Under the pieces are notes generated by a model, which searched no databases, was not told the DNA's origin, and saw nothing but the letters and a program-made list of their open reading frames with translations. A stretch of DNA of 64,000 nucleotides from contig OX597827.1 of NCBI GenBank assembly GCA_951406725.2, positions 30,938,001 through 31,002,000 of the forward strand, in the 5' to 3' direction. The DNA is from Octopus vulgaris. Taxonomy: Eukaryota. Made by a program: the position numbers and the translations under genes. Of the stretch, positions 1-12,408 are shown piece after piece (positions within the stretch are counted from its first letter, which is position 1; each line of letters opens with the position of its first letter).

Positions 1-199
1 TCATATTTTATACCATCGAAATGCATTTGTATTCACATACATAGCTACGCATACGTAAACAAATATACATACGTTGCACACCGTAAACATACATCCAATG
101 AAATACATATAAATATACGTATACATCAATTCACATATACACAAGCATGCATCCATGTGAATGTACATACTCTCACATACCGTCAATAAATATATTGAT

Positions 200-3100
200 C
201 GTCTCACTCAGATCGTATATAGATAGGGTATTTGTTAAGGAACGAGATATGAATAGCGTTAGCTGTCCACAATTTTCTGTTGTGCCTTACACGGATCACA
301 AACTTGTGACGTGTGAGGTACATGTAGATAAATGCCATAGACAGGGTCTCGGGTACTGGAAAATGAACAGGTCTATTTTGACTTGTGAAGCTTTCCGTAC
401 CCGGATTAAGGAATTAGTCCAGAGGGCATTATGTGGCACCATCATTAATAATAGATGGTGGCTCGCCCTCAAAAGAGCCATCCGTTTGGAGTCCATTAGA
501 TTTAGCAAGCAGCTAAGTTTAGATAGGACTAGAATAGAGGGCGATTTAGTTAAGAACTTAGACGAGGCAATGGAATCTGGCTGTACATCCGGAGTGTTGG
601 CAGCGAGAACGGTCTTGTACCATCACCTCAACGCCAAGCATGTGGGATGTAGAGCCAGAGCTAAGTTACGTGCAGGGAAACGAGAAGGTATTAATGTTGC
701 CGGATGGGCCCGTCGTGAGGAGAGTCAGAAGGGCAAAAAGTCTTCTATTAAGTCTTTAACTGACGAGCAGGGTCGCAAGATCTATGGACAGGAGGAGATG
801 CAGAAGGTCTTTCACCAGCATTTCGCCCGGTTGTTTGGGGATGGCGGTTCGCTCGAGCGAGGGGAGGCCTTAAAGGACTTCCTAGCCGGTGGGCCTCGGC
901 TCTCGACACGTGAGGCGGAATGCTGTGAAGGATCGATCTCTCCCGCGGAGGTAAGAGAGGTTATGGCCTGTTGCGCCGGGGAAAGGTCGCCGGGGTTAGA
1001 TGGTCTGCCCTATGAGTTCTATTGTTGTATGCCGGACTTGTTCGGGGATATACTGGCGGGCGTCTATGCAAACTGGCAACAGAATGGGAGGATTCCCAGT
1101 TCTGTGAGCCGGGGAGTTGTGACGCTGGTCCAGAAAGACCCGAGCAAGGGGGATAGTATTAGTAATTATAGGCCCATAACTCTACTTAATGTAGAGTTTA
1201 AGATTTTGGCCAAGGTGTTAGCAAAAAGGTTGACGGCTGTCGTGGAGAAACTTGTGGGGAAGGCACAAACATGTGCAATCCCAGGCAGGTCGGTCCAGGA
1301 TAATCTTCACCTTCTCCGCTACACTATAGACATTAGCCGGCAAAGGAGGGGCATTGGTCCATTTAGACCAAAGTAAAGCGTTCGATAGGGTAGACCATCG
1401 GTACTTGGCGGCGGTCCTCGAGGCGGCTGGGCTGGGCCCTGGTTTTTGCGGGTGGATCTCAGCTATGTACAGCGGCATCAAGTCCACAGTCCAGATAAAC
1501 GGTTACCTAACGGAGCCGTTTTCAATCAAGCGTTCAGTTTGTCAAAGGTGTCCCTTGTCCCCGCTCCTGTATGTTTTGGCTCTTGAGCCATTGCTGCGGA
1601 AGTTGGAGAAGTTGGGAGGCAATCCTAATGAAATCGGATGCGGTAAGCCTGTTTCTGCCTATGCGGATGACGTCACCCTCATCGTGTCCAACGAAGCACA
1701 GCTACCACGTGTAGAAGGTGCTCTCCGAAGATACGAAGCGGTGGCAGGGGCAAAAGTTAACAAAGACAAGTCCACCGGTTTGCGCCTCGGCACCTGGAGG
1801 AACAAGCCGATATCGTCCAGTGTTGTTGGACACTGGACAGATGGTCCTGTTAAATTGCTCGGAGTTTGGTTTGGTTCAGACTCCCAGACGGAGAAGAATT
1901 GGAGCGAGGTAGCGAACAAGGTAGAAGCTATAGTACGGAAGTGGTCCGGAAGGCATCTTTCCTTGAAAGGGAGGGCGGAGGTGGTACAGGTGTTTATAGC
2001 CTCTGTCATCACCTACCGCCTGACCGTCGTGCCTTGCCCCGATTCGTGGTTAAGCAAGTTGGAACGACTCCTTTTCCGCTTTTTGTGGAGGGGAGGAAAG
2101 CCACTTGTGAGACGCTCCGTGTGTTGCCAGGAACCGCTAAAGGGTGGGCTGGGGATGCCTTGGCTAATGATGCGCAGGCATGCGTTGAGGCTGAGACATC
2201 TCTGGTGTCACCTGGAGAGTGATAAGGTGTGGAATCCGCTGGCAGAGGAATTCTTCCCGCGACCGGCCTCTATGGAGAGATTTAAAACCCGGTTTCATTA
2301 AAAGACGTAACCTGACTTTATGGCAGAAGGAGTGCCGACAGGCACTCTGGCTGATCCACGAGGTGGGCAAGGCCGGCAGCGGGAATACCACCTCGGTGTT
2401 CTATAGAGGGCTGGTAGAGGCAAAAAATGACGACGTCCTAGGAGGGGCTCTGGGGTTCGACGAGAATCAACTCTCCAACCTGTTTAAGAAGACTTTCAGG
2501 CCGGGGTATTTGGACAATTACCAAAAATCCTTGACCTGGCAGTGCTATAGGAATGCATTACCTGTTCGCGATAAGTTATCCAGGTACGGAATGTCAGTGC
2601 CACCGACGTGTCCAAGATGTCGGTTGGACGATGAAACCGTTCAACACGCTTTTGTACAATGTCGGGAGCTGTCAAGCTTGATAAGTTACGTTGAACACGT
2701 GTTGTCGCATCTGGGACGAGCACAGCTGTCGGCTGGATCTATGATAAAGATGATACCGCCAACTGGACTCTCAAATGAAGATAAGGCTTGTTTTTACTGT
2801 ACGGTGGCAGTATTGAAAGAGTGTGTGTGGAGAACCAGAATGGAAGGTTTAGTGACAGGGTCCTTTGTCTCTGGTCCCGGTTTGTTAAACTACTTCAGAT
2901 ATCATCTGAAGAGCAAGATGGGGTTGGAGAAGAGGAGCCTGCCACAGAAAGAATATGTGAAACGTTGGAAGGATGTGATGAGAAAGGTGGGTATTAGTAA
3001 CCCAGCTTAATCATCAAAGAAAGGAAAAATTAGTTGCTGGGCCTTATAGGCTGCCGGGTTCAAAATTCGGAACCTGCACTTCTCCCCCTTTTCATTTTAA

Positions 3101-3330
3101 CATATGTTATGTTTTCTAATGTTATTAAAAAAAAACGCACTAAAGTTCTCGTTATAAAGGCAAAAGTAAGCCAATAATTCGTTTAAAGGCAAAAGTAAGC
3201 CAAGTTTTCGTTTGTGTCATATTATAACTAAATTTTTAAGTTTCATTCGAACTCTCATAACATTCTTTGTAATTGTTTGTCTTGTTATGTCCAAATCTAT
3301 GTAAAATCGTATGATTATAATAAAGATTTT
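200..3330 (+). mobile_element. 5'-truncated, frameshifted Tx1/L1-clade non-LTR retrotransposon (end of APE endonuclease, RT, C-terminal zinc knuckle, 3' UTR)
   Basis: Three consecutive ORFs (147-1376, 1354-2301, 2219-3010) carry TDHKLV and GYWKMN (APE end), SPGLDGLPYEFY, NYRPITLLNVEFKILAK, LDQSKAFDRVDH, AYADDV, GGLGMP and CPRC..ETVQHAFVQC. AATAAA at 3319-3324. The 3' boundary is uncertain. Confidence 0.9.
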
Positions 3331-3335
3331 ACCTT

Positions 3336-3416
3336 CAGCTAGCAGGCCTTTGCTACTCTAGACTGATGATGGGCAAGACCCAGAAACATGCATGTCTCTA
3401 GATGCAGGCCTAGCTG
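3336..3416 (+). ncRNA. Type I (minimal) hammerhead ribozyme, canonical core
   Basis: Stem I tctaga 3357-3362/3397-3402; core CTGATGA 3363-3369; stem II tggg/ccca with loop caaga; GAAA 3383-3386; palindromic stem III ACATGCATGT; GTC cleavage triplet ending at 3396. Stem I extends through aggcct/aggcct and cagctag/ctagctg. Confidence 0.88.
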
Positions 3417-3729
3417 TTGGGAGTGTTTGTCTCCCCTTCGTAAATATATAAGGACACAGGAAATGTGTCACGGCCGACAGGAAGAGTCGATGCTTCCTAG
3501 GGCTAAATAGCGGTGGTGTAATTCTGTTACGGGACTGTCACGTTAAATTGACAGTATACAACCACTCTCTATATATATATTCTTTCAATTTCTGTTTCGC
3601 TTTCAATCTATCTTTCATTTTATCTCTATAAAACTAATATTTAAAAATTCTTTTCATTTGTTTATTTTCCTGTAATTTAAGCTAACGACTGAATTAGAAA
3701 TATAATCGTAATTAGTTTAGAATTATATA

Positions 3730-4310
3730 TTTCTTTCATTTCCTCACTCTCTTCTACCTCCTCTCTCCTCCCTTACATATATTCCCCACTTCCAGCTCCT
3801 TTCTCCCTTCCTTTATCTCTCTTTACGCTTACCCTTTCCCTCTCTCTTGCATATCTTACTCTTTTTCTCATCTCTCTCCCTCCCTTTCATATCCTCCTCT
3901 TCTCTCATTTCTCTTTCCTTTCCATCTCACATCTACCTCTCCTCTCGTCACCTCACCCTCTCTCTCATATACTTCTCATTCGCCCATTCTTCTCACTCCG
4001 TCTCTCCCTCTCTCTCACATCCTTCATCTTGTCTCTCCTTCACTCTGTCTCTCTATCTCTTGCTATCCTCTCCCTCCCTCTGTTTCTCTTTCTCTTCCCC
4101 TCCTCTCCTTCACTCTGCCTCTCTTTCTCTTCCCGTCTTCTCCTTCACTCTGTCTCTCCTTCTATTCCCCTCCTCTCCCCCTCCCCGCCCCTATCTCTTT
4201 AACACACCACACCCCCTTGCTTTCCTCCTATCACCCTCTCGATTTCTTTCATAGCACCTCTCTCTTTCCTTCATATCTCCCTCTCTCTTTCCCTATTTCC
4301 CCCCTCTGTG
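3730..4310. repeat. CT-rich polypyrimidine low-complexity tract
   Basis: About 580 bp that is almost entirely C/T, with (CT)n runs, directly upstream of the CR1-like LINE. Confidence 0.85.
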
Positions 4311-7300
4311 TTTCTCTGTCGCTACCTGTTTCTATGCTTCATTAGCTCTCTAGCCTCTACTCCCCCTCTGGACTTCAAAACGAAGATGACACCAAAGTGG
4401 GAAAAGAAAGAGTTAAATCTTCTGCTAAGAGCATGGATGATTGCTAGTGGCGATCCGCTGAACAACATCATCACTGCCGCACTAAAGAACAATGGATTTC
4501 ATAGAACCATTGACTAAACAAAACGAAAAAAAGGTGAATTTATCCGGTCTTACATGCCTATAAGACCACACATCAAAACATTGGATAACATAATTGAAAA
4601 TTATTGTGGCAAGGCTGATGAGGATGAAGAGGACGAAAAAGAGAAGGAACCCGGAAATCTCTGTGATCCAGGGGTTCCTCAGGAAAATGGATCACCTACC
4701 CCGGATAGGGGAGCCAAGGGAGCAGAAATCGGAAGCCCCCTTACCAGTGGTCCTACAAAGAAATGAGAAATTAGAAAAACAGAAGAAAAAAGGAAGGACC
4801 GAAAACAAAAATAAGGAGGGAAAGGGAAGAAAAGGCAAAACAACCAAAGCTGAAACCCCAACCCACCACACAAACAGCAGAGAACCCCATGGAGGATCCA
4901 ATGCCACCCAGTTCACTTCAGGAAAGAAGAAATCTGGAAGACACTGAAGAACCTGTAAATTCTACCTGCGGGGCAAAAGCTGCTGGTTCGCCCACCCGAC
5001 ACCCTGCCAGAACTTCAGGAGACTCAAGGAGAAGAGCTTTACTGAGGGAAGACAAGAAATGTCTCCCAGGAAAACTTTCAGAAAAGAAGTGTGCTCCTCA
5101 GATGTTCTCTGCAACGCAGCAGCTGAGCAAGAGTCTTTTTTATGCATGGCGCAAAGAATTGTTCGGCAACTAACTTGGCTACACCAAGCACAGAGAAGGA
5201 ACCCTGCCTACCACTATGCAAGACCACCACAGTCAACAGACACGGGATGGTCTCCCCTAATGCCTGCACAGCCGTCACCCCAATACTTTTACTAAATATT
5301 GGGGGCCTGTTGCATCAAAATAGAAACAAAATTTCTTTCCTGAGAGATCTTACTGCATGCAATCAAGCCCTATGCATAGCACTCGTGGAAACTTACCTCA
5401 GCCCTGATATAGAGGACGCAGAAGTACACATACCAAACTATGCCTTACTGTGAACAGACAGAAGGGAAAGGAGCCATGGTGGAGTTGCTGTATACATCCG
5501 AGATGACCTCACATCCCAGGTCTTAATAACATACTCAAATTCGGTATGTGACACTCCAATTGTATACATAAGACTACATAATATAGTCATATGCAATACA
5601 TATTGCCCACCGGATGCCCCAAACCACACAGGCAAGATTGCCTCACAAGAATTAAAGAAATCCTCATGAATCTGGAACACCACATGACCATATTTCTTAT
5701 GGGTTATTTCAACTTCCCCAACTTGAAATGGCCCGAAGGTTTCATACTCTCAGGAATGAATCATTGCAAGCAAGTACAGGTGGAGTCCCTGCTCAACCTC
5801 ACCAACGCCTTATTCATGGAGCAAGTTGTACTCAAACCAACTAGGGCGAATAACATTTTGGATCTCTGCTTCACGAACAATATGGACATCATTCATGATG
5901 TGAAAGTGACACCGACATTAGTTTCGGATCACAACATAATAGAGCTGTCTATGTTTGGGCCAAAAGTAACCAGAGACATACAGCCTAAAGGAAGCACCCG
6001 AAATCTCTCCAATCTGAACTTCCACAAAGCATATTGGAAATCGATCCACAAAGAGATCCTCAGAGAGGACTGGCTGGAATGTCTCTCCACACCAGACATT
6101 GACATGAAACTAGAATGTTTCATGTCTTCTGTGCAAGCAGTATGCCAGAAATATGTCCCAGAGCACAAGGCCAAAACAAATAGGTGCAAGATTCCAAGAG
6201 ACAGGAAGATCCTCATGAGACAACAGACGAAGGTTGCAAATCGTCTCAACCAACATCGCAAAAGTAGCAAAACGTCCTGCCTAAAAACAACACTGATGGA
6301 GATCGAAAAAAGGCTGCAACAATCCTATGTGAGGGAGAAAGCAGACAAAGAAGCCTGGGTTACAAAAAACATTAAATCAAACCCAAAGGCCTTCTTTCAT
6401 TACGCGAAAGAAACTGTCAGTACACTACAAGATAGGACCCCTCCTCCAAAAGGATGGCTCCCTCACAGACAGTCCAACTAAGATCAGTGAGATGCTGAAT
6501 GACCAGTTCAAAAGTGTCTTTACCACCCCATTGGAACACAGACGAGTGAACGAACCAGTGGACTTCTTTGCCGCCTCACCTATAACCAGCGAGGCGGTTA
6601 CAATAGAATGTATTGACATTAGCGAAGATGTCCTACTAGCCATAGATGAAGTGGACACAAACTCAACTGCTGGTCCAGATGGTTTCCAGCAATCGTCCTC
6701 AAAGCGTGTAAGCATGCCCTGGAAAAACCCCTCAAGATTCTCTTCCAGAGCTTTCTTGCGAATGGCAAACTGCCAAGCAAGCTGAAGGAGGGAATAATAT
6801 GCCCAATACATAAAGGGGGAAGTAGATCAGATGCCAAAAACTATAGGCCTATCTCTCTGACTTCACACATCAGCAAAGTCATGGAACGGATAGTCAGAAA
6901 GAAACTAATCGCATTCCTTGAGGAAAATAACTTGCTGAGTGATACCCAGCATGGTTTTCGACCAGGTAGGAGCTGCCTGACCCAGCTCTTACAACATTAT
7001 GACTGGGTGTTGAGGCAGTTACTCAACAAATCAAATATGGACGTAATCTACCTTGATTTTGCAAAAGCTTTTGACAAGGTTGATCATGGTATGATAAGCC
7101 ACAAACTGCATGACCTCGGCATAGCTGGAAAACTTGGAGTGTGGTTACATGACTTCCTGAAAGATAGGAGTCAGGCAGTAGTGGTTAATGGAGCCACCTC
7201 TATGAACACACAAATAGTGAGCGGTGTTCCACAAGGCACTGTCTTTGGACCACTGCTTTTTATAGTGGCCCTCTCAGATATGCCCTCAAATGCCCGGATA

Positions 7301-8283
7301 GCCACTCTGGCAAGCTATGCAGACGATACGAAAGTCTCACAGAAAATACAGAAGCCCAGCGATGTTGCACACCTGCAGCAGAAGTTGGACTCAATCTACA
7401 GATGGGCTGAGGATAATAATATGCAGTTTAATGCTGAAAATTTCCAGGCCCTGTGCTACCAGCATCCAAAACTTAATATTAAACTTACAGGATACACTGG
7501 TCCACAGGGAATTTCAATCCCAGATCCGAAGTCTGTGAAGGACCTGGGTATCGACATGAGTGATGATGCCTCTTTCCGAGTGCATATTACCAGGATGGCG
7601 ACAAAGTGCAGACGACTGGCTGGATCCTAAGAACATTCAGAACCAGAGATAAGGAAACCATGATGGTCCTCTGGTGGACATTCGTCCTCAGCCGCCTGGA
7701 TTACTGCTCACAGCTATGGTCACCCACCAGCGTGAAATTAACAGTGGACCTTGAAGCAATCCAGAGAAGATTCACAAAGAAGATTGTCTCTTTGCAACAG
7801 CTCAGCTACTGGGAAAGGTTGAAACAGCTAAGACTCTACTCCCTGGAGAGAAGACGGGAGAGGTATGCAGTAATATATGTCTGGAAGATCCTGGAAGGAA
7901 TTGTGCCAAATTTTGGCATTGTAAGCTACACCAATGCTAGAACGGGACGACACTGCATAGTGCCAAAGATCCCAGCAATGCCATCACGCTTCAGGACTAG
8001 CTTCTGCAACAGCCTGGGTTTCAAGGGCCCACAGCTTTTTAATATTCTCCCAAAGAGTCTGAGGAACCTGCACAAAGTAGATGTAGCGGTTTTTAAATCA
8101 AAGCTAGATATCTTCTTGTGGAGAGTCCCAGATGAACCTACCTCTCGGCAAGAGGTGCAAATGAGAGTAGCTATATCAAACTCCATTCTTCACCAAATGC
8201 CACATATTAGAGGAGGTTCTTCGTAATAACAATGTAGCACAAAACGGCGGTGCATCAGCATGGCCACAGCTCTGAGCTGAAAA
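4310..8283 (+). mobile_element. Near full-length but disrupted CR1-like LINE (5' ORF remnant, APE endonuclease, RT, 3' tail)
   Basis: Fragmented ORFs with LLNIGGL/IALVETYL, FNFPNLKW, PTRANNILDLCFTN, SDHNII, QHGFRPGRSCLTQLL, YLDFAKAFDKVDH, SGVPQGTVFGPLLF, YADDT, LYSLERRRERY. The tail ggcggtgcatcagcatggccacagctctgagctgaaa is followed by (TA)n. Confidence 0.88.
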
Positions 8284-8331
8284 TATATATATATATATAT
8301 ATATAAATATTCATATATATATTCATATATA

Positions 8332-8377
<46 letters not shown>

Positions 8378-8403
8378 TATATATTTATATATATATAGTA
8401 TAT

Positions 8404-8459
<56 letters not shown>

Positions 8460-8708
8460 GGTCCGTTCCATGCTGTTTGTACGTTTTCGTTTCTCGTTGA
8501 GTTCTACGTCTATTTGTGGTGTCCTGTACACACGTATATATATTTATATATGCATGTATATATACATGTAGATGTAGGTACGTACATATATGTTTGTATG
8601 TATGCATATATTTTATTTATTACACTATTGTATGACTGAGCGCCTTCGCGTCGATTCGATTCGATTGGTTTGGTTTGGTTTCGTTTCTTCTTCTTCTCTA
8701 AGCTGGTT

Positions 8709-8741
<33 letters not shown>

Positions 8742-8829
8742 TTATTTATATATATATTTATTTATATATATATATATTTATATATATATATATATATACA
8801 TTTATATATAAATATATATATATATTTAT

Positions 8830-10402
8830 ATCATCATAATCATCATCATCATCATCATTTAGCATCCGCTTTCCATGCTAGCATGGGTTGGACGGACACG
8901 AACGGATGGTGCTTTTTACGTACCACGGGCACGAGGCCATTCGGGGTGGCGCTGGCAACGGCCACATTCGGATGGTTCTTTTACGTGCCACCGGTACTGG
9001 TAACTTAGCTGCAATTTCCATTGATCAATTTCGATTCTGATTCTGATTCTCACTTGCCTCAACAGGTCTTCACAAGTAGAGTTTTGTGTCCCAAGAAGGG
9101 AAGGTATGCATAAGTGGGCTGGCTACATCCCATGTAGAAGGCCACGGGTTATGGTCTCACTTGTCCTGCCGGGTCTTCTCGCGCACAGCATACTTCCAGA
9201 GGTCTTGGTCTCTAGCCATTTCCTCAGTGAGACCTAAAGTTCGAAGGTCGTGCTTCACCAACTCGTTCCAGGTTTTCCTGGGTCTGCCTCTTCCACAGGT
9301 TCCCTCAACCGCTAGGGTGTGGTACTTTTTCACACAACTGTCTTCATCCATTCTCGCCACATGCCCGTACCAGCACAGTTGTCTCTCTTGCACACCACAT
9401 CTGATGCTTCTTAGGTCCAGCTTTTCTCTCAAGGTACGTACACTCTGTCGAGTATGAGTACTGACATTACACATCCATCGGAGCATACTGGCTTCATTTC
9501 TTGCGAGCTTACGCATATCCTCAGCAGTCACGTCCCATGTTTCACTGCCATGTAGCATGGCTGTTCGTACAGACGCGTCATACAGTCTGCCTTTTACTCT
9601 GAGCGAGAGGCCTTTTGTCACCAGCAGAGATAAGAGCTCTCTGAACTTTGCCCAAGCTATTCTTACTCTAGCAGTTACACTTTCAGCACACCTGCCCCCG
9701 CTGCTGACGGAAGCTATCAACTATTTCTAGTTTTTCTCCCTGGAAAGTGACAGAAGTTGGTCTCAGAGCATTTTCAGTGTTTATTGTTCCTGAGCATCTG
9801 CCACATACAAAAACCATCTTCATAGTTAGCCTTCCTTTGACATTGCTGCACCTCTTATGTGTCCATAGCTTACACTTGGTGCATCTTATAGAGTTTCTAC
9901 CTACACCTTTTCTACAGATCGAGCAGGGCCATCTACCTGAAGGCGTTTGTGATTTGTCTACCTTCCTACTGATTATGACTTTGGTTTTAGCTAGATTGAC
10001 TCTAAGGCCCTTCGATTCTAAACCTTGCTTCTACACCTGAAACTTCTCCTCCAGTTCTGATAGTGACTCAGCAATTAGAGCGAGGTCATCAGCATAGAGG
10101 AGCTCCCAAGGGCATCCTGTCTTGAATTCCTCCGTTATTGCCTGGAGGACTATGATAAATAGGAGGGGGCTGAGGACTGAGCCTTGGTGGACCCCTACCT
10201 CTACTCAGAATTCTTCACTGTACTCGTTGCCAACCCTCACCTTACTAGCAGCGTCCCTGTACATGGCTCGCACAGCTCTCACTAACCATTCATCTATCCC
10301 TAGTTTCCTCATTGACCACCATATGAGGGATCGGGGGACCCTGTCGAAGGCTTTCTCCATGTCAACAAAAGCCAGGTACAGGGGCTTATCTTTGGCTAGG
10401 TA
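8830..10402 (-). mobile_element. 5'-truncated RTE-clade LINE with (GAT)n tail
   Basis: Minus-strand ORFs with [41 protein letters not shown]. The 3' tail reads (cat)n ttagcatccgctttccatgctagcatgggttgg on the plus strand. Confidence 0.92.
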
Positions 10403-10516
10403 ATATATATTTATATATACATATATATATATATTTAATTGCAGCATGTAAGGTGTTTGTAAGCCTTGTAAGAAACACACAAAAGCTGTTCGATTCACTT
10501 CAACATTTAAGTTTAA

Positions 10517-10567
10517 TTTGTCAAAATATTTTCGGCGCTTTAAGACAGCGACCTGTTCACTGACAAA
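10517..10567 (-). ncRNA. Type I minimal hammerhead-like ribozyme with G3/C8 swapped core
   Basis: Minus strand reads tttgtca-GTGAACA-ggtcgc(tgtcttaaa)gcgcc-GAA-AatatT-T-tgacaaa: 7-bp stem I, stem II with one bulge, palindromic aatatt stem III and a UH triplet. The core GUGAACA differs from CUGANGA only at the paired positions 3 and 8. Confidence 0.68.
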
Positions 10568-10763
10568 AATCCGTGCTGCATATATTTATATATACATATA
10601 TATATATCTATTTATATATACATATATATATATTTATATATACATATATATATATATATATATTTATATATACATATATGTATATTTATATATACATATA
10701 TATATATATTTATATATACATATATATATATTTATATACATATATACAGATTATATATATATA

Positions 10764-12408
10764 TACAGATTGAGCAGGGCCATCTACCTGAAGGGATTTG
10801 TAGTTTTCCTGCCTTCCTACATATTAGGACTTTGGTTTTAGCTAGGTTGATTCTAAGGCCCTTCGATTCTAATCCTTGTTTCCACACTCCAGGCAATAAC
10901 GGAGGAATTCAAGACAGGATGCCCCTGGGAGCTCCTCTATGCTGATGATCTTGCTCTAATTGCTGAGTCACTATCAGAACTAGAGGCGAAGTTTCAAGTG
11001 TGGAAACAAGGATTAGAATCGAAGGGCCTTAGAATCAACCTAGCTAAAACCAAAGTCCTAATATGTAGGAAGGCAGGAAAACTACAAATCCCTTCAGGTA
11101 GATGGCCCTGCTCAATCTGTAGTAGAGGCGTAGGTAGAAACTCTATAAGATGTACCCAGTGTAAGCTATGGACACATAAGAGGTACAGTAATATCAAAGG
11201 GAGGCTATCTGGGAAGATAGTTTTTGTATGTGGCAGATGCTCAGGTGCTATAAACACTGAAAATGCTCTGAGACCAATTTCCGCCACATTCCAGGGAGAA
11301 AAACTAGAAGTAGTTGATAGCTTCTGTTACCTAGGTGACCAAGTCAGTAGCGGAGGTGGGTGTGCTAAAAGTGTAGCTGTTAGAATAAGAATAGCTTGAG
11401 CAAAGTTCAGAGAGCTCTTACCTTTGCTGGTGGCAAAGGGCTTCTCGCTCAGAGTAAAAGGTAGACTGTATGACACTTGTGTACGAACAGCCATGCTACA
11501 TGGCAGTGAAACATGGGCTGTAACTGCTGAGGACATGCATAAGTTCACAAGGAATGAAGCCAGTATGATCCGATGGATGTGTAATGTCAGTGTGCATACT
11601 CGACAGAGTGTAAGTACCTTGAGAGAAAAGTTGGACCTAAGAAGCATCAGATGTGGTGTGCAAGAGAGACAACTGTGCTGGTATGGTCATGTGGCAAGAA
11701 TGGACAAGGACAGCTGTGTGAAAAAGTGCCACACCCTAGCGGTTGAGGGAACCTGTGTAAGAGGTAGACCCAGGAAGACCTCGGATGAAGTGATGTAGCA
11801 TGACCTTCGAACTTTAGACCTCACCAAGGAAATGGCTAGTGACCGAGACCTTTGGAAATATGCCGTGCGTGAGAAGTCCTGGCAAGCCAAATGAAACCAT
11901 AATCTCATGGCCTATGCCAGAGGCGTAACCAGCCCACTTATGTGTAACCTTTTCCTTCTTTGGACACTAAAACTTTACTTGCAAAGACCTGTGGAGGCAA
12001 GTGAAATCAAATCAATCGAAATCAAATTCGATGACTGGCGTCCATGCTAGCAGGGTGCAAAGAGCACCATACGAGTGAGATCGTTGACAGAGCGGCTAAC
12101 CGGCTTCCGTGCTAGTGGCACTTAAAGGGCACCATTCGAGCGTGATTGTTACCAGCGTTGCCTTACTGGCACTTGTGCCCGTGCTAGTAGGGTGCCAAAA
12201 GCACCATCCGAACGTGATCATTGCCAGAGCAGCCAACTGGCTTCCGTGCCAGTGGCACATAAAAGGGTACCATTCGAGTGTGATCTGTAGAAAACCATGC
12301 CAAGTCAGACTGAGGCCTGGTGCAGCCTTCATGCTAGCCCATGCAAACCGCCCAACCCATGCCAGCATGGACAACGGACATTAAATGATGATGATGATGA
12401 TGATGATA
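10764..12408 (+). mobile_element. 5'-truncated RTE-clade LINE copy with an inverted 125-bp duplication at its 5' end
   Basis: Plus-strand LLYADDL, PHD-like Cys cluster, [14 protein letters not shown], with stop codons. (GAT)n tail at about 12385-12408. 10764-10888 is the reverse complement of 10997-11121. Confidence 0.9.

Noticed and set aside
3847-4254. 135-aa S/L/F/P-rich ORF
   Set aside because: Translation of the CT-rich tract, with a non-ATG start.
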